This document shows, piece by piece, positions 38,281 to 47,957 of a stretch of DNA of 63,183 nt. The notes below the pieces were generated by a model, which saw only the letters and a program-made list of their open reading frames with translations, was not told the DNA's origin and searched no databases. The position numbers and the translations under genes are program-made. Position 1 is the stretch's first letter. Each line of letters begins with the position of its first letter. Source of the stretch: a virus (taxonomy: Duplodnaviria; Caudoviricetes); the IMG/VR virus record IMGVR_UViG_3300035181_001095, positions 1 to 63,183 of that record; one strand, given 5' to 3'.

Positions 38281-38309
38281 ATTATAACTTACTTATTGAA
38301 ATAAGTCAA
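38281..38309 (-). promoter_or_regulatory. Consensus sigma70 promoter with no downstream ORF
   Basis: TTGACT-17 bp-TATAAT. Confidence 0.75.
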
Positions 38310-38319
38310 GCAAAAACCA

Positions 38320-38805
38320 TCAATCACAAGATACTGATACAATATAATTTGCATTCTGGGCACAATCTTTAAATGTTATTGCAACACCAGCTTCCTTTAA
38401 CATATCCTGCGTCAAATTATCTGCATATCCCTGACTGTAAAAGATAGCTTTAACACCTGCATTGATAAGCATTTTGGCGCAGATTACGCAAGGGAATGTG
38501 GTGCAGTAAAGGATGGAATCAGCTACGACTATGCCATGCCTGGCAGCCTGAACTAATGTATTCTGTTCGGCATGAAGACCTCGGCATAATTCATGGCGCT
38601 CACCTGATGGTATTTTTAATTTATCACGCAGACAACCTATCTCCATACAATGACGCAGCCCTGAAGGTGCTCCATTGTAACCTGTACATAGAATACGATT
38701 GTCTTTAACCAACACCGCCCCAACCGCTCTTCGCATACAGGTTGAACGAGTAGATACCAAATAAGCAATTGCCATGAAATACTCATCCCATTCTGGTCGA
38801 TTCAT
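38320..38805 (-). CDS. dCMP deaminase (ComEB/CMP-dCMP deaminase family)
   Basis: RP.WD.YFM, RSTC.RR.VGA, GYNG, HAEQN, PC..CAK. Confidence 0.95.
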   Translation of the reverse strand: MNRPEWDEYFMAIAYLVSTRSTCMRRAVGAVLVKDNRILCTGYNGAPSGLRHCMEIGCLRDKLKIPSGERHELCRGLHAEQNTLVQAARHGIVVADSILYCTTFPCVICAKMLINAGVKAIFYSQGYADNLTQDMLKEAGVAITFKDCAQNANYIVSVSCD

Positions 38806-38816
38806 AACAGCTCCCT

Positions 38817-39641
38817 TCAAATGAAAACGTTTTCACTATTACGCTTAATATGACCATGTGACCATAAATAACATATACACATCTTACCCAACAAATCTTC
38901 TTGTATATACCCACACCCTTCTTCATATGATAACTGTTCCTGTGGGCTTATACTGTGTTTAGGATACTCGAAATCACAATTCAAAAATACATGCTGGGTA
39001 ATCTCATCCTTATAAGAAACTGCGACTATATCGTTATTCAAATCAACCCATGCCTGATATTGTAATTCAGGCTTATATAAAGCAACCGGTTTAACCTTGT
39101 TAATGGCAATCTTTTTCATATTCAAAAATTTTAATTCACATAATTTTTTCAAACGATTATTTATCTGCTTAAATGTCATTTGGAATTGTTCTGTAAATTT
39201 ATCATGTGAAATTCTTACGAAATCATCCCATTTCATAGCATGATATTCAGATTTATTAGCTTGAAAATACCAATATGTAATAAAATCTAATAACATTAAA
39301 TCTTTTACATCTAAAAATGTTGTTAACAAATAATTGGTTCGATTACAAATTGTTTGCTCTTTCAATGTAAGTAAATCCATATTAAATGAGATATAATCCC
39401 CATCTTGAATAATGTAATCCTTATGTATCAAAGCATCTATTGCTTTACGCATTGTATCAAAATTAACATTCTCTTGAGGATGCAAAAGACGATGTATAAT
39501 AATAACATGTTCATGAATAAATGCCCTCTTTAAACATTCCTCCCCACAAAGATATAACGCATGCAATATGACCAAATCAGACCATTTAAGTGATGGTGCC
39601 AAATGATAATAATCAATCAAATGTATAAGATTTTTTTTCAT
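38817..39641 (-). CDS. Hypothetical protein with two possible winged-helix units (regulator or initiator candidate)
   Basis: [13 protein letters not shown] and [13 protein letters not shown] wHTH-like helices; next to the putative origin. Confidence 0.45.
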   Translation of the reverse strand: MKKNLIHLIDYYHLAPSLKWSDLVILHALYLCGEECLKRAFIHEHVIIIHRLLHPQENVNFDTMRKAIDALIHKDYIIQDGDYISFNMDLLTLKEQTICNRTNYLLTTFLDVKDLMLLDFITYWYFQANKSEYHAMKWDDFVRISHDKFTEQFQMTFKQINNRLKKLCELKFLNMKKIAINKVKPVALYKPELQYQAWVDLNNDIVAVSYKDEITQHVFLNCDFEYPKHSISPQEQLSYEEGCGYIQEDLLGKMCICYLWSHGHIKRNSENVFI

Positions 39642-39668
39642 GGCAATCCCCTTATTGAATTTGACACT

Positions 39669-39697
39669 ATTTTACCACAAAAAATACAGTCTGCCAA
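39669..39697 (-). promoter_or_regulatory. Sigma70 promoter for the 274-aa gene and dCMP deaminase
   Basis: TTGGCA-17-TAAAAT. Confidence 0.55.
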
Positions 39698-39799
39698 GAC
39701 TCATTTAATAAAAATTTATATTACAATTAGAATAAAAATGTATAATTTTATACGACAATCATGTCCAAACTTTACCATGACATTTATGGCCTTTAAGTA

Positions 39800-40090
39800 T
39801 AAAGTTGGTAAACGAATTTCCAGTAGGTAGGAAACGAATTTCCAGGCACAATTTTTGCAATATATGTATATATTTATATAAATATAAATATAAATAAATA
39901 AGAAAAATAAAAAAAGACTATCGAAATGCCAGATTTCAAATTCCAATAGGTCATGAAATGACATAATTTGAAAAATACCTGATGGCATGTAATATAGGAT
40001 TTTCTGCATATTCTACATTTCATCCTGAATTTGACCAAAAGCCAGACCCAGCACTCTGTGTCATAGCCTCTGCCTTCGGCAGAGTCTATA
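39800..40090. other. Putative replication origin region
   Basis: AAACGAATTTCCAG twice at 22-bp spacing, AT-rich tract, hairpin; at the strand switch upstream of the replication genes. Confidence 0.4.
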
Positions 40091-40150
40091 ACATTCGTGC
40101 AGTCAAATCTACATCTCATTTCCCAAACCGTTTGGATTTTTAAAATCCTA

Positions 40151-40179
40151 TTGCATAGAACTCAAAATTTTGTTAAAAT
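40151..40179 (+). promoter_or_regulatory. Sigma70 promoter
   Basis: TTGCAT-17-TAAAAT with TGn. Confidence 0.6.
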
Positions 40180-40213
40180 TAAATCTGATATTTTCAGGAA
40201 AAGAGAATCCAAG

Positions 40214-40819
40214 ATGAATGATAATGATTTTCAAAAGCATATATTTTACAGAATGGGGAAATTTTCTATGGATATGGAGCAAATATTAACAGGATTAAAA
40301 GAGAAACACCAAAAAGGGATTTTTACAGCTGACCGTTGGTTTTTCGTAAATCATGGTTACCGTTGTTCCTATGCGGAAAAAGGTATCCTTAAAAATGCCG
40401 CTACATATTTAAAACCAGCACAGTCTGATTTTTTGAAAGTTGTAAATTATGTAGATAGAAATTTTGAATTATTAGTTGATTACTTACATGATGATTTGGC
40501 ATCTTTCTCAAAACTTAATCGAGAACATATAACCCCATTTTTTTTCTACCCGCATCCTGTATTGACCCAATTAGAGTCTGTTTTCAATAATCATATTCAA
40601 TATTCTTTGCAAGAATATATTTTAGATTCAATATATGCACGTGTCGTCTATCGTCCTACTACCGAGAAAAATTACATTGAATTATCCACTCGCCAAATTA
40701 GGTTAGCTCCGTTAAAGGTGCAGACTTTTTTAGCCAAACAAATGCAAACTTATGGTTATATACATCGGGAGTTCGTGGATGAGCTGGTTTGGCCAGAAAT
40801 GGCCTTAAATGCCTCGTAG
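40214..40819 (+). CDS. Hypothetical protein upstream of the helicase
   Basis: ~201 aa after a promoter. Confidence 0.55.
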   Translation: MNDNDFQKHIFYRMGKFSMDMEQILTGLKEKHQKGIFTADRWFFVNHGYRCSYAEKGILKNAATYLKPAQSDFLKVVNYVDRNFELLVDYLHDDLASFSKLNREHITPFFFYPHPVLTQLESVFNNHIQYSLQEYILDSIYARVVYRPTTEKNYIELSTRQIRLAPLKVQTFLAKQMQTYGYIHREFVDELVWPEMALNAS

Positions 40820-40949
40820 CTACGAGCAGCAGAAAAAAGGGTATGATAGTATTCTTTTTTATTCAGGACTTAACCTGGTGGCGATTAGAGGCCTTAAATT
40901 TGATTTTGTGACTATGTCTTCAACCAATTTCTGCATGTAAAAAATAATC

Positions 40950-40978
40950 TTGAATTTGAATTGAGAAGATGGTAAAAT
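40950..40978 (+). promoter_or_regulatory. Sigma70 promoter of the replication operon
   Basis: TTGAAT-17-TAAAAT with TGn; preceded by AAAATAATC like the 35030 promoter. Confidence 0.6.
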
Positions 40979-41007
40979 AATGTAGAACTTTGAAGAAAGG
41001 AATTTTT

Positions 41008-42222
41008 ATGTTAGCAGGCTTGGAATATCTCAAGCGTATTTTATTCGACCAAGATATTGAAGAGTTTAATCGAATTCGGATGGTCTATTTATTAGACCCA
41101 GCTGAATTAGATGCTTATACTCACATTGGGGATTATCTTGTAAAATATCAACAGCTCCCACCTGTTTCTTTCCTTAATGATTTAATCCCATTATACCAGG
41201 AACATCCTCTCGAGTATTGGGTTGACCAGGTCAATCTTCGTTATCAAAAGCATTTATTAAATACAATACAACGTATTACGAGTATGTCTTCAGATAAACC
41301 TGGTGAACTCCTTGACTCGATTACTAATTTATTAAGTGCACAATTACAAGATACGTCTACGGATATAGCTACTCAAGACCAATTAGTTGAAGTATTTAGA
41401 AAACATCTTGAAAGACTAAAAGAACAGCATTTGAAATTAGGGCAATTAGGATTACCAACAGGTTGGCCAACATTTGATAAGACATTTGGTGGCTATGCAC
41501 CTGGTGAAGTATATGTATTCTGTGGTAGGCCTAAACTTGGTAAGACTATCTTAATGATATATAGTGCTATTTCCAGTCTTCTAATAAATAAGAAAGTCTT
41601 AATAGTATCAATGGAAATGATGATACCACATATTTTACAACGCATATCAGCATGCTTATTACCAATGGCCTACTCATTGTATAATACTATTTTAACAAAT
41701 GATATGGAAAAGAAATTACTATTAGAAATTGATAAAATTAAACAAAATCTTATTGTAATAGAAGGCAGATTAGACCAGAATTTACTAACATTAAATCAAT
41801 TTATTAAAGTAAAACAACCAGATATTATATTCATTGATGGTGCATATCTATTAAAAAGTAAAACAGGCTTTAAGAGTATGTGGGAACAAGTCTTAAATGT
41901 GATACAAGAAATTAAACAGCTTGCTATGCATAATCATATTCCAATTGTATGCTCATATCAGATGAATAGAAGTACAACAAAAAATCTAAAGATAGACCAA
42001 ATTGCATTATCAGATGCAATTGGGCAGATAGCATCTGTTGTATTTGGTATTAGAGAACTTGATATATTAGACCGTAGAGAAATTTTAATGTTAGCATCCA
42101 GAGATTCAAAGCTTGAGAATATCTTCATACATTGGGATTGGCAAACAATGAATTTTCAAGAAGTGGAACCAAATGAACTAAACAATACCTCTTTCGATAT
42201 GCAGGATACGATTACATTATGA
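41008..42222 (+). CDS. dnaB: DnaB-like replicative helicase
   Basis: GLPTGW..FD, GRPKLGKT, SMEM, IFIDG.YL, Q.NR, SDAI.Q.A. Confidence 0.9.
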   Translation: MLAGLEYLKRILFDQDIEEFNRIRMVYLLDPAELDAYTHIGDYLVKYQQLPPVSFLNDLIPLYQEHPLEYWVDQVNLRYQKHLLNTIQRITSMSSDKPGELLDSITNLLSAQLQDTSTDIATQDQLVEVFRKHLERLKEQHLKLGQLGLPTGWPTFDKTFGGYAPGEVYVFCGRPKLGKTILMIYSAISSLLINKKVLIVSMEMMIPHILQRISACLLPMAYSLYNTILTNDMEKKLLLEIDKIKQNLIVIEGRLDQNLLTLNQFIKVKQPDIIFIDGAYLLKSKTGFKSMWEQVLNVIQEIKQLAMHNHIPIVCSYQMNRSTTKNLKIDQIALSDAIGQIASVVFGIRELDILDRREILMLASRDSKLENIFIHWDWQTMNFQEVEPNELNNTSFDMQDTITL

Positions 42223-42539
42223 AAAGAGAACTAACATTTGATACTCGTTTCAAGAATAAATTAAAAAGATTTGTTGCTAATATGTTAAAATTTTATTGGG
42301 TTATGCAATCTTTAGAACCTTTAGAAAAACAGAGTCTTCATACAATTTTGGATACGGTTTGTAGAGCCATGGCAGATAAAACACATCCATTAGATGATAA
42401 AGTTCAAAAATTTTTAGATAGAAAACCATTACCTGATTTTAGATACATTCAAGGTAAAGCTCATTGGAAAGATGCACCTGAATTAACAGCAGTTTTACGA
42501 TTTAAACTTAATGATACAGATTCAAATTTATCAATCTAA
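42219..42539 (+). CDS. Hypothetical protein
   Basis: 106 aa, ATGA overlap. Confidence 0.6.
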   Translation: MKRELTFDTRFKNKLKRFVANMLKFYWVMQSLEPLEKQSLHTILDTVCRAMADKTHPLDDKVQKFLDRKPLPDFRYIQGKAHWKDAPELTAVLRFKLNDTDSNLSI

Positions 42540-42552
42540 AGGAGATTACAAC

Positions 42553-42894
42553 ATGAACGAAAGAACATTCCAAGTTTATTTGAACGAAATTATTGATGAA
42601 ATACTTGCCAAGAACACGTTAAAGGGTGGAGAGTATGCTCGAAATAATGATAGGTTTCATAATTTCATTGAAGGCAGTAACATGTTAGGTATGTCGTTAC
42701 CTATGTATTTAATGTCGTTGCGTAGTAAACATGAAGTATCAATACTTGATATGTGTCGAGATTTAGAACACAAACCACCACATCATCATTCTTTAGAAAC
42801 GTGGAAAGAAAAGATTACTGATTCAATTATGTATTCAATTATTCTATATGCATATGTTTGTGGAAAAGCCCAAGAGGAACTTTCATATGACTAA
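42553..42894 (+). CDS. Nucleotide-modification-associated (DUF1599/Nmad1-like) alpha-helical protein
   Basis: K..EYA...DRFHNF...K......EKI.D.I.Y..IL. Confidence 0.55.
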   Translation: MNERTFQVYLNEIIDEILAKNTLKGGEYARNNDRFHNFIEGSNMLGMSLPMYLMSLRSKHEVSILDMCRDLEHKPPHHHSLETWKEKITDSIMYSIILYAYVCGKAQEELSYD

Positions 42895-43787
42895 TGGATA
42901 CTCAACATATTATACAATTATTTCATCTATTAGGCACAAGAAAAATTCGAGTCTCAAATGGTTGGGTTGCAGGTAATTGTCCATTTGCACCATGGTTGCA
43001 TCCCAAAGGAGAAGATAGACGTCCTTCATTTGGTATAGCTACAAATAAAGAGAGTTATTTTCATTGTTTTGCTTGTGGGGTAAAAGGTTATTTACATCAT
43101 TTACCTTTTATGTTGTCTCAATATACATTACAGGTTGATGGTATAATTGAGAATTATATCCAACAATATAAAGATACATATGATATAGATAACATGTTGC
43201 CACAAGGTGAAAATACTTATAAACTCCGAGAGTTATTTAACACATTTGAAGAAGCACATGAAGTATTAAATTTAACAAAAGATGATATAACTAAATGGCA
43301 ATTGAAGTATGATAAAGATAAAAATACATTAGTTTTTCCTATAACATATAGGCATGAATTAAAAGCACTAAAGGGTCGTAATTTAAGACAAAAAGGTTTT
43401 ATGTATTATGAAGGTTCGGCTAACATTAAAAGGGAGGGCTTATGGTATGGTATGGATATGACAGGTGATAAGCATCCCTCGAAGATAATCCTTTGTGAAG
43501 GTGAACGAGATGTTATCTTGTTGTCCAGACGAGGGTTTACTGCTTGGGGTGCATTGGGCTCATTAACTAAAAAACAAATTCAGATAGTAAGACAATCAAA
43601 TATACCATTTGTTTTATTTTTTGATAATGATAATGCAGGGCAGAATATGCAACGTCAAATAATTGACGCATGTAATTTGTTTAATGAATTATATGTTGTT
43701 AATGAATATGGTGGTTGCAAAGACCCTGCGGAACTTATTGAGAATAAAAAGTTAAAACAAGCAATCTTATCAATTACAAAACTATAA
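42894..43787 (+). CDS. DNA primase (Zn finger plus TOPRIM)
   Basis: CPF..H...D.RPSF...HCFACG; CEGE.D; FDND.AG; KDP.E. Confidence 0.92.
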   Translation: MDTQHIIQLFHLLGTRKIRVSNGWVAGNCPFAPWLHPKGEDRRPSFGIATNKESYFHCFACGVKGYLHHLPFMLSQYTLQVDGIIENYIQQYKDTYDIDNMLPQGENTYKLRELFNTFEEAHEVLNLTKDDITKWQLKYDKDKNTLVFPITYRHELKALKGRNLRQKGFMYYEGSANIKREGLWYGMDMTGDKHPSKIILCEGERDVILLSRRGFTAWGALGSLTKKQIQIVRQSNIPFVLFFDNDNAGQNMQRQIIDACNLFNELYVVNEYGGCKDPAELIENKKLKQAILSITKL

Positions 43788-43800
43788 GGAGATTAAAAAA

Positions 43801-44457
43801 ATGACAGCAAAAAATTGGTTCAAACTTGGGCAAGATGGATTACAAGAAAAACTTTCAATGGATTCAGCTAATCAAATCAGAGCATCAAAAAATGCACCTC
43901 GTTTTTGGTTAAGGGTGGGAGAAGAAGCGGTAATTGTATTTGTGGATGATACTGGTTTCTATGCGAAAACACATCAACTAAACATTGCAGGTTCTTGGAA
44001 TAACTTTGTTACTTGCACAGCAGATTTTCAACCGTGTCCTGTTTGTAATAGTGGTGATAGGCCCTCTTTAATTGGTTATTATACAGTGATTGATACCAGG
44101 GAAATTCAATTTAAGGATGGCACGAGAGCTAAAAATCGTCGGGTATTATTTCCTGCCAAAAATGTAGCTATCAATATGATAGCTGACTTAAAGAAGAAAT
44201 ATAACTCATTGATTGGCTTGGCTGTTAAGGTTAAGCGATATGGACAGAAATCTCCGAATTGTGGGGATTATTTTGAAGTTATTTCTGATAAACGTATTGC
44301 TTTGAAATCTCTGGGCGCTGATTCGGAGGTAGTTTATAATTATGAAAAGATATTGGCACCCCCGACGCCCGAAGAATTAGATACATTAGGTTTTGGAAAT
44401 AGAGCTTTAGGTGAAGTCACTGCTGATGTTGATAATACCGATGATATTCCCTTTTAA
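43801..44457 (+). CDS. Single-stranded DNA-binding protein, Zn-binding gp32-like
   Basis: RFWL..GE, H...C......CP.C, acidic DDIPF tail. Confidence 0.75.
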   Translation: MTAKNWFKLGQDGLQEKLSMDSANQIRASKNAPRFWLRVGEEAVIVFVDDTGFYAKTHQLNIAGSWNNFVTCTADFQPCPVCNSGDRPSLIGYYTVIDTREIQFKDGTRAKNRRVLFPAKNVAINMIADLKKKYNSLIGLAVKVKRYGQKSPNCGDYFEVISDKRIALKSLGADSEVVYNYEKILAPPTPEELDTLGFGNRALGEVTADVDNTDDIPF

Positions 44458-44459
44458 AT

Positions 44460-45740
44460 ATGAATAATTTTCCCTTTGATAAAGTGATACGAGTCGAGGG
44501 TATGGCGCTGGTTCATACACCAGCGCCTGATGCTTTGAAAGAGGCATTAACTCTACAAAATACGCAGAAATCTTTAATTTTGCCTGTGTATAAAACCACA
44601 GATGACCCATCGTTGTTATGGATACCTCGGGCTATTGCGCAGCAACCAGTAGATACCATCGAATGGAAACGTTTTCATTTTAAGCATAATATTAAGCTGC
44701 GGCCTCTTCAGCAAACGTTGTTAAACGCATTCTTACAACGCATGGATGTTTGTGGTGGTATTTTATCTGCTGGCACTGGTGTAGGCAAAACTGTAATGGG
44801 ATTGTGGTTAACAGCTCTTTATGGGTTGAAGACATTGATTATTGTGCCTACGGATATGATATTCAAACAATGGATAGACCGAATACAAACATTCTTGGAC
44901 GTGCCAAATATAGGCATAATTCGAGGTGCTGTTTGTAAGACCGATGCTCCGATTACAGTTGCTATGTTGCATACAATTGTAAAACCAAAGTTTAAGCATT
45001 TACATAAAGAATTTGGTTTGGTTATTTATGATGAAGTGCATACAGTAGCTACCCAGCTTTTTCATAATGCTTGTGGTAAATTTCATAGTAAATTTAATAT
45101 AGGCTTATCTGCTTCGCCATATCGTAAAGATGGAATGGCTAATGTCTTTTTGTGGCATATAGGACCTATATATGCTTCAATGAAAAAAGTTGATAGTGTT
45201 CCACGAGTTAATGCTGTTTTTCTGAAAAATGATGTTACGACATATACCTGCCGTAGATGGAATGGTAAATTAAATTTAGGCAAATTTTATAATCAATTAG
45301 TAAATGTTCCTTCTCGTAATCAAATGATTATGAAATATGCCATAAAGGCGTATCAAAATGATTATAAAACTTTAATTCTAACAGAACGATTAGAACATAT
45401 TGATATACTTAAACAATTACTCATATCTAAAATACCTGCTGACCATATTGGTATTTTAACTGCGAATATAAAAGAGCTTGATAAACCAATTATTATTGGG
45501 ACATATGGTTCGGCTGGTATGGGATTAGATATTCCATCTTTAAGCTGTTTAATTTTAGCAACACCTCGAACGGATGTTTTACAACCAGTTGGTCGTGTAA
45601 CCAGGGCTAAAGATATTCAACCCGTTATTATTGATTTAATTGATGTGAATGATAAAATGATGGTAGCTTGGTGGCAGAAAAGAAAGAAGGTTTATGCATC
45701 TTTAGGTTGTAATTTAAGGGAATTGGCTTTTTGGAAATGA
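44460..45740 (+). CDS. Superfamily 2 helicase (DEAD/DEAH-like)
   Basis: LRPLQ, TGVGKT, DEVH, LSASP.R.DG, GLDIP, Q.VGR. Confidence 0.92.
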   Translation: MNNFPFDKVIRVEGMALVHTPAPDALKEALTLQNTQKSLILPVYKTTDDPSLLWIPRAIAQQPVDTIEWKRFHFKHNIKLRPLQQTLLNAFLQRMDVCGGILSAGTGVGKTVMGLWLTALYGLKTLIIVPTDMIFKQWIDRIQTFLDVPNIGIIRGAVCKTDAPITVAMLHTIVKPKFKHLHKEFGLVIYDEVHTVATQLFHNACGKFHSKFNIGLSASPYRKDGMANVFLWHIGPIYASMKKVDSVPRVNAVFLKNDVTTYTCRRWNGKLNLGKFYNQLVNVPSRNQMIMKYAIKAYQNDYKTLILTERLEHIDILKQLLISKIPADHIGILTANIKELDKPIIIGTYGSAGMGLDIPSLSCLILATPRTDVLQPVGRVTRAKDIQPVIIDLIDVNDKMMVAWWQKRKKVYASLGCNLRELAFWK

Positions 45741-45964
45741 GTAAAAAATTACCTCTATATTTTAAGTTATATTATGACCATGAGTGTTTCCGAAGACATA
45801 AAAAGCGAAAGTTGAGAAAAACTTTAGAAGTTCATAAATCTAATCGAGAGCATAATCCTATTATTCAACAAAGAAAAAGAGGTAAAGATAAACTTCAAAA
45901 AATGTTTAATACTATTCCACAAATTTTAGAATTTCTTGAAGCATTTCCAGAAATTGAATTTTAG
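45737..45964 (+). CDS. Basic hypothetical protein
   Basis: ATGA overlap with the helicase. Confidence 0.5.
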   Translation: MSKKLPLYFKLYYDHECFRRHKKRKLRKTLEVHKSNREHNPIIQQRKRGKDKLQKMFNTIPQILEFLEAFPEIEF

Positions 45965-45980
45965 AAAGGAGAAATTAGTT

Positions 45981-46244
45981 ATGGCACGGCCAAAAAAAGA
46001 AAAAGATGATGTAGTCTTTACAGGAGTTCCAGCAAATGTATCTTATAGTTTAACAGCCACAATCAATATGGGTAACTTTGAGTCTTTGAAAATTCAAGTT
46101 GGATTAAGTATGCCTTGTAAACCTACCAAATTACAGATTGATAATAAATTTAAAGCTATTACAGCACATGTTGAAGAATTATTAGATAGTAAGGTAAAAG
46201 AATTAACAGGGGGTTCCCATGGAACTAACCAAAATGCTCTCTAA
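45981..46244 (+). CDS. Hypothetical protein
   Basis: T.N.GNFES.KI.VG motif; AAGGAG RBS. Confidence 0.6.
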   Translation: MARPKKEKDDVVFTGVPANVSYSLTATINMGNFESLKIQVGLSMPCKPTKLQIDNKFKAITAHVEELLDSKVKELTGGSHGTNQNAL

Positions 46245-47238
46245 ATATCAATATTATGTTGGTGATAAGGTGCCACCCATTCAACGATTACCAAGTGGTA
46301 TTTTAGCATTTGATATTGTAACAGGTGGTGGTATTCCTATTGGGCGCTTTACTGAATTTTATGGTGATAAATCCACTGGTAAAAGCACCACATCCTTACG
46401 ATTTATTAACCAATTTCTTCAGCGAGATGATAGAAAAGCAGTTTATTTAGATTTTGAAAATACATATGATGCCGCATGGGCAAAATGTTTTATTCAAGAT
46501 TTAGATAGAGTTATTGTTGTTCAACCAGACTATGGAGAATTGGGCGTTGATTTATTTATTGAATTACATAAACATGCAGATGAAATAGGCTTTATTATTT
46601 TAGATAGTTTAGCCATGATTATTCCAACTAAAGAGGTTGATGATGATGCTTTAGCACAGCATGTTGCCACACAAGCTCGATTAGTTAGTAGTATGCTTCG
46701 CAGAGCATTACCTTGTATTTCAAAAAATAATCAAAATAAAACGCCTATTACAGTTATTTTATTAAACCAAATTCGAATGAAGATTGGTGGTTATGGTCAA
46801 CCTAATCAAGTTACCAAACCATGTGGTAAAATGCAGGATGCTGTTGTTTCTATGGATATTCGTTTTTACTCTAAAGAGTATAAAGTTGTTTCAAATGTTC
46901 CTGTATCTGTTACACATCAAATCAATGTTGAAAAGAATAAAGTCGGTGGACACCCAAAACGCACTGCACAATTTAAGATTTGTTTAGTGCCATCTAATGG
47001 ATTAAAAATTGGTGATTGTGAAGATAATGATTTATATCTTGCAATGATGAAAAAATTACATTTAATACAACGAGATGGTAATAAATGGGTTTATAATGGT
47101 AATATATTCAAAAATTTGATTGAAGTTGAAGAACAGTTGTTACACAACCCAGAAATTAAACAGCAGTTATATCATCTAATTTTGGATAAAGTAACAACAG
47201 ACTTGAGTTTATTGGTAGGGGATGATGAAGACGCCTAA
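46219..47238 (+). CDS. recA: RecA/UvsX-like recombinase
   Basis: SG...D...GGGIP.GR..E.YG..STGKST, D.E, QPD.GE, IILDS.A, NQIR.KIG, KNKV. Confidence 0.92.
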   Translation: MELTKMLSKYQYYVGDKVPPIQRLPSGILAFDIVTGGGIPIGRFTEFYGDKSTGKSTTSLRFINQFLQRDDRKAVYLDFENTYDAAWAKCFIQDLDRVIVVQPDYGELGVDLFIELHKHADEIGFIILDSLAMIIPTKEVDDDALAQHVATQARLVSSMLRRALPCISKNNQNKTPITVILLNQIRMKIGGYGQPNQVTKPCGKMQDAVVSMDIRFYSKEYKVVSNVPVSVTHQINVEKNKVGGHPKRTAQFKICLVPSNGLKIGDCEDNDLYLAMMKKLHLIQRDGNKWVYNGNIFKNLIEVEEQLLHNPEIKQQLYHLILDKVTTDLSLLVGDDEDA

Positions 47239-47680
47239 TATGATATTACGATGTATTTGTTGTAATCAACCATTTACAGGGAAAGCTACACCATTTTTAA
47301 CTATGGAACCACCTGTGTGTTCCACCGAATGTTTTATTTGGTGGATAGCACAATTTTCTAATAAGCCATTAACTGATGTTACTCCAGTAATTCACTGCAA
47401 TGAAAATGACTTTCGCAATGATTGGGAACGTCGTGTTGCCAATTTTTTAACTTATTATCAAATTCCATATTTATATGAAGCTATAGCTATCCCTGTGGGA
47501 AAGAAAAAATATATTCCTGATTTTTATTTACATGATAGTGGAATTTATCTTGAAGTAAAAGGAAAGTGGTATCCTGGGTATAAGACTCTTTTTGTAAATG
47601 CTTGTAAACAAAATCCTGATTATTATTGGCTTTTAGATGGACATTTTTTGAAACGGATAGGGATACTAAATGGACATTGA
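47222..47680 (+). CDS. PD-(D/E)XK endonuclease (T7 endonuclease I-like) with N-terminal Zn finger
   Basis: FR..WE, YE, Y.PDF......YLEVKG; CxxC and CS..C. Confidence 0.8.
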   Translation: MMKTPNMILRCICCNQPFTGKATPFLTMEPPVCSTECFIWWIAQFSNKPLTDVTPVIHCNENDFRNDWERRVANFLTYYQIPYLYEAIAIPVGKKKYIPDFYLHDSGIYLEVKGKWYPGYKTLFVNACKQNPDYYWLLDGHFLKRIGILNGH

Positions 47681-47957
47681 TGAATATCTAAAATTATCAG
47701 ATATTTTCATGTATTTTGTGCCCAGGAAAAAAGATGTTGAAGTTAAACAAGAGCATGTGGATATGCTTTTTATCTTGCTTAATAAGTTATTAGATGATAT
47801 AAAAATAAAAATGGCTGAATTACCACCAGATGTTGACCAAGTTCGAGAATTGTTTTTTATTGTAGAGTCATTGATGCGAATTAAAAAACAGTATTTTTTA
47901 AATGCGGCTAAATTGAAAGACAGTTTACAAAGGATACAAGAATATGACCCATACTGA
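47670..47957 (+). CDS. Hypothetical helical protein
   Basis: 95 aa in the operon. Confidence 0.55.
   Translation: MDIDEYLKLSDIFMYFVPRKKDVEVKQEHVDMLFILLNKLLDDIKIKMAELPPDVDQVRELFFIVESLMRIKKQYFLNAAKLKDSLQRIQEYDPY

Noticed and set aside
39603-40119. ORFs 39603-39830, 39716-40009 and 39874-40119
   Set aside because: Low-complexity translations of AT-rich regulatory/origin DNA without convincing RBSs
40214-40819. DnaC-like helicase loader
   Set aside because: Position fits, but no Walker A or B motif is visible; left as hypothetical
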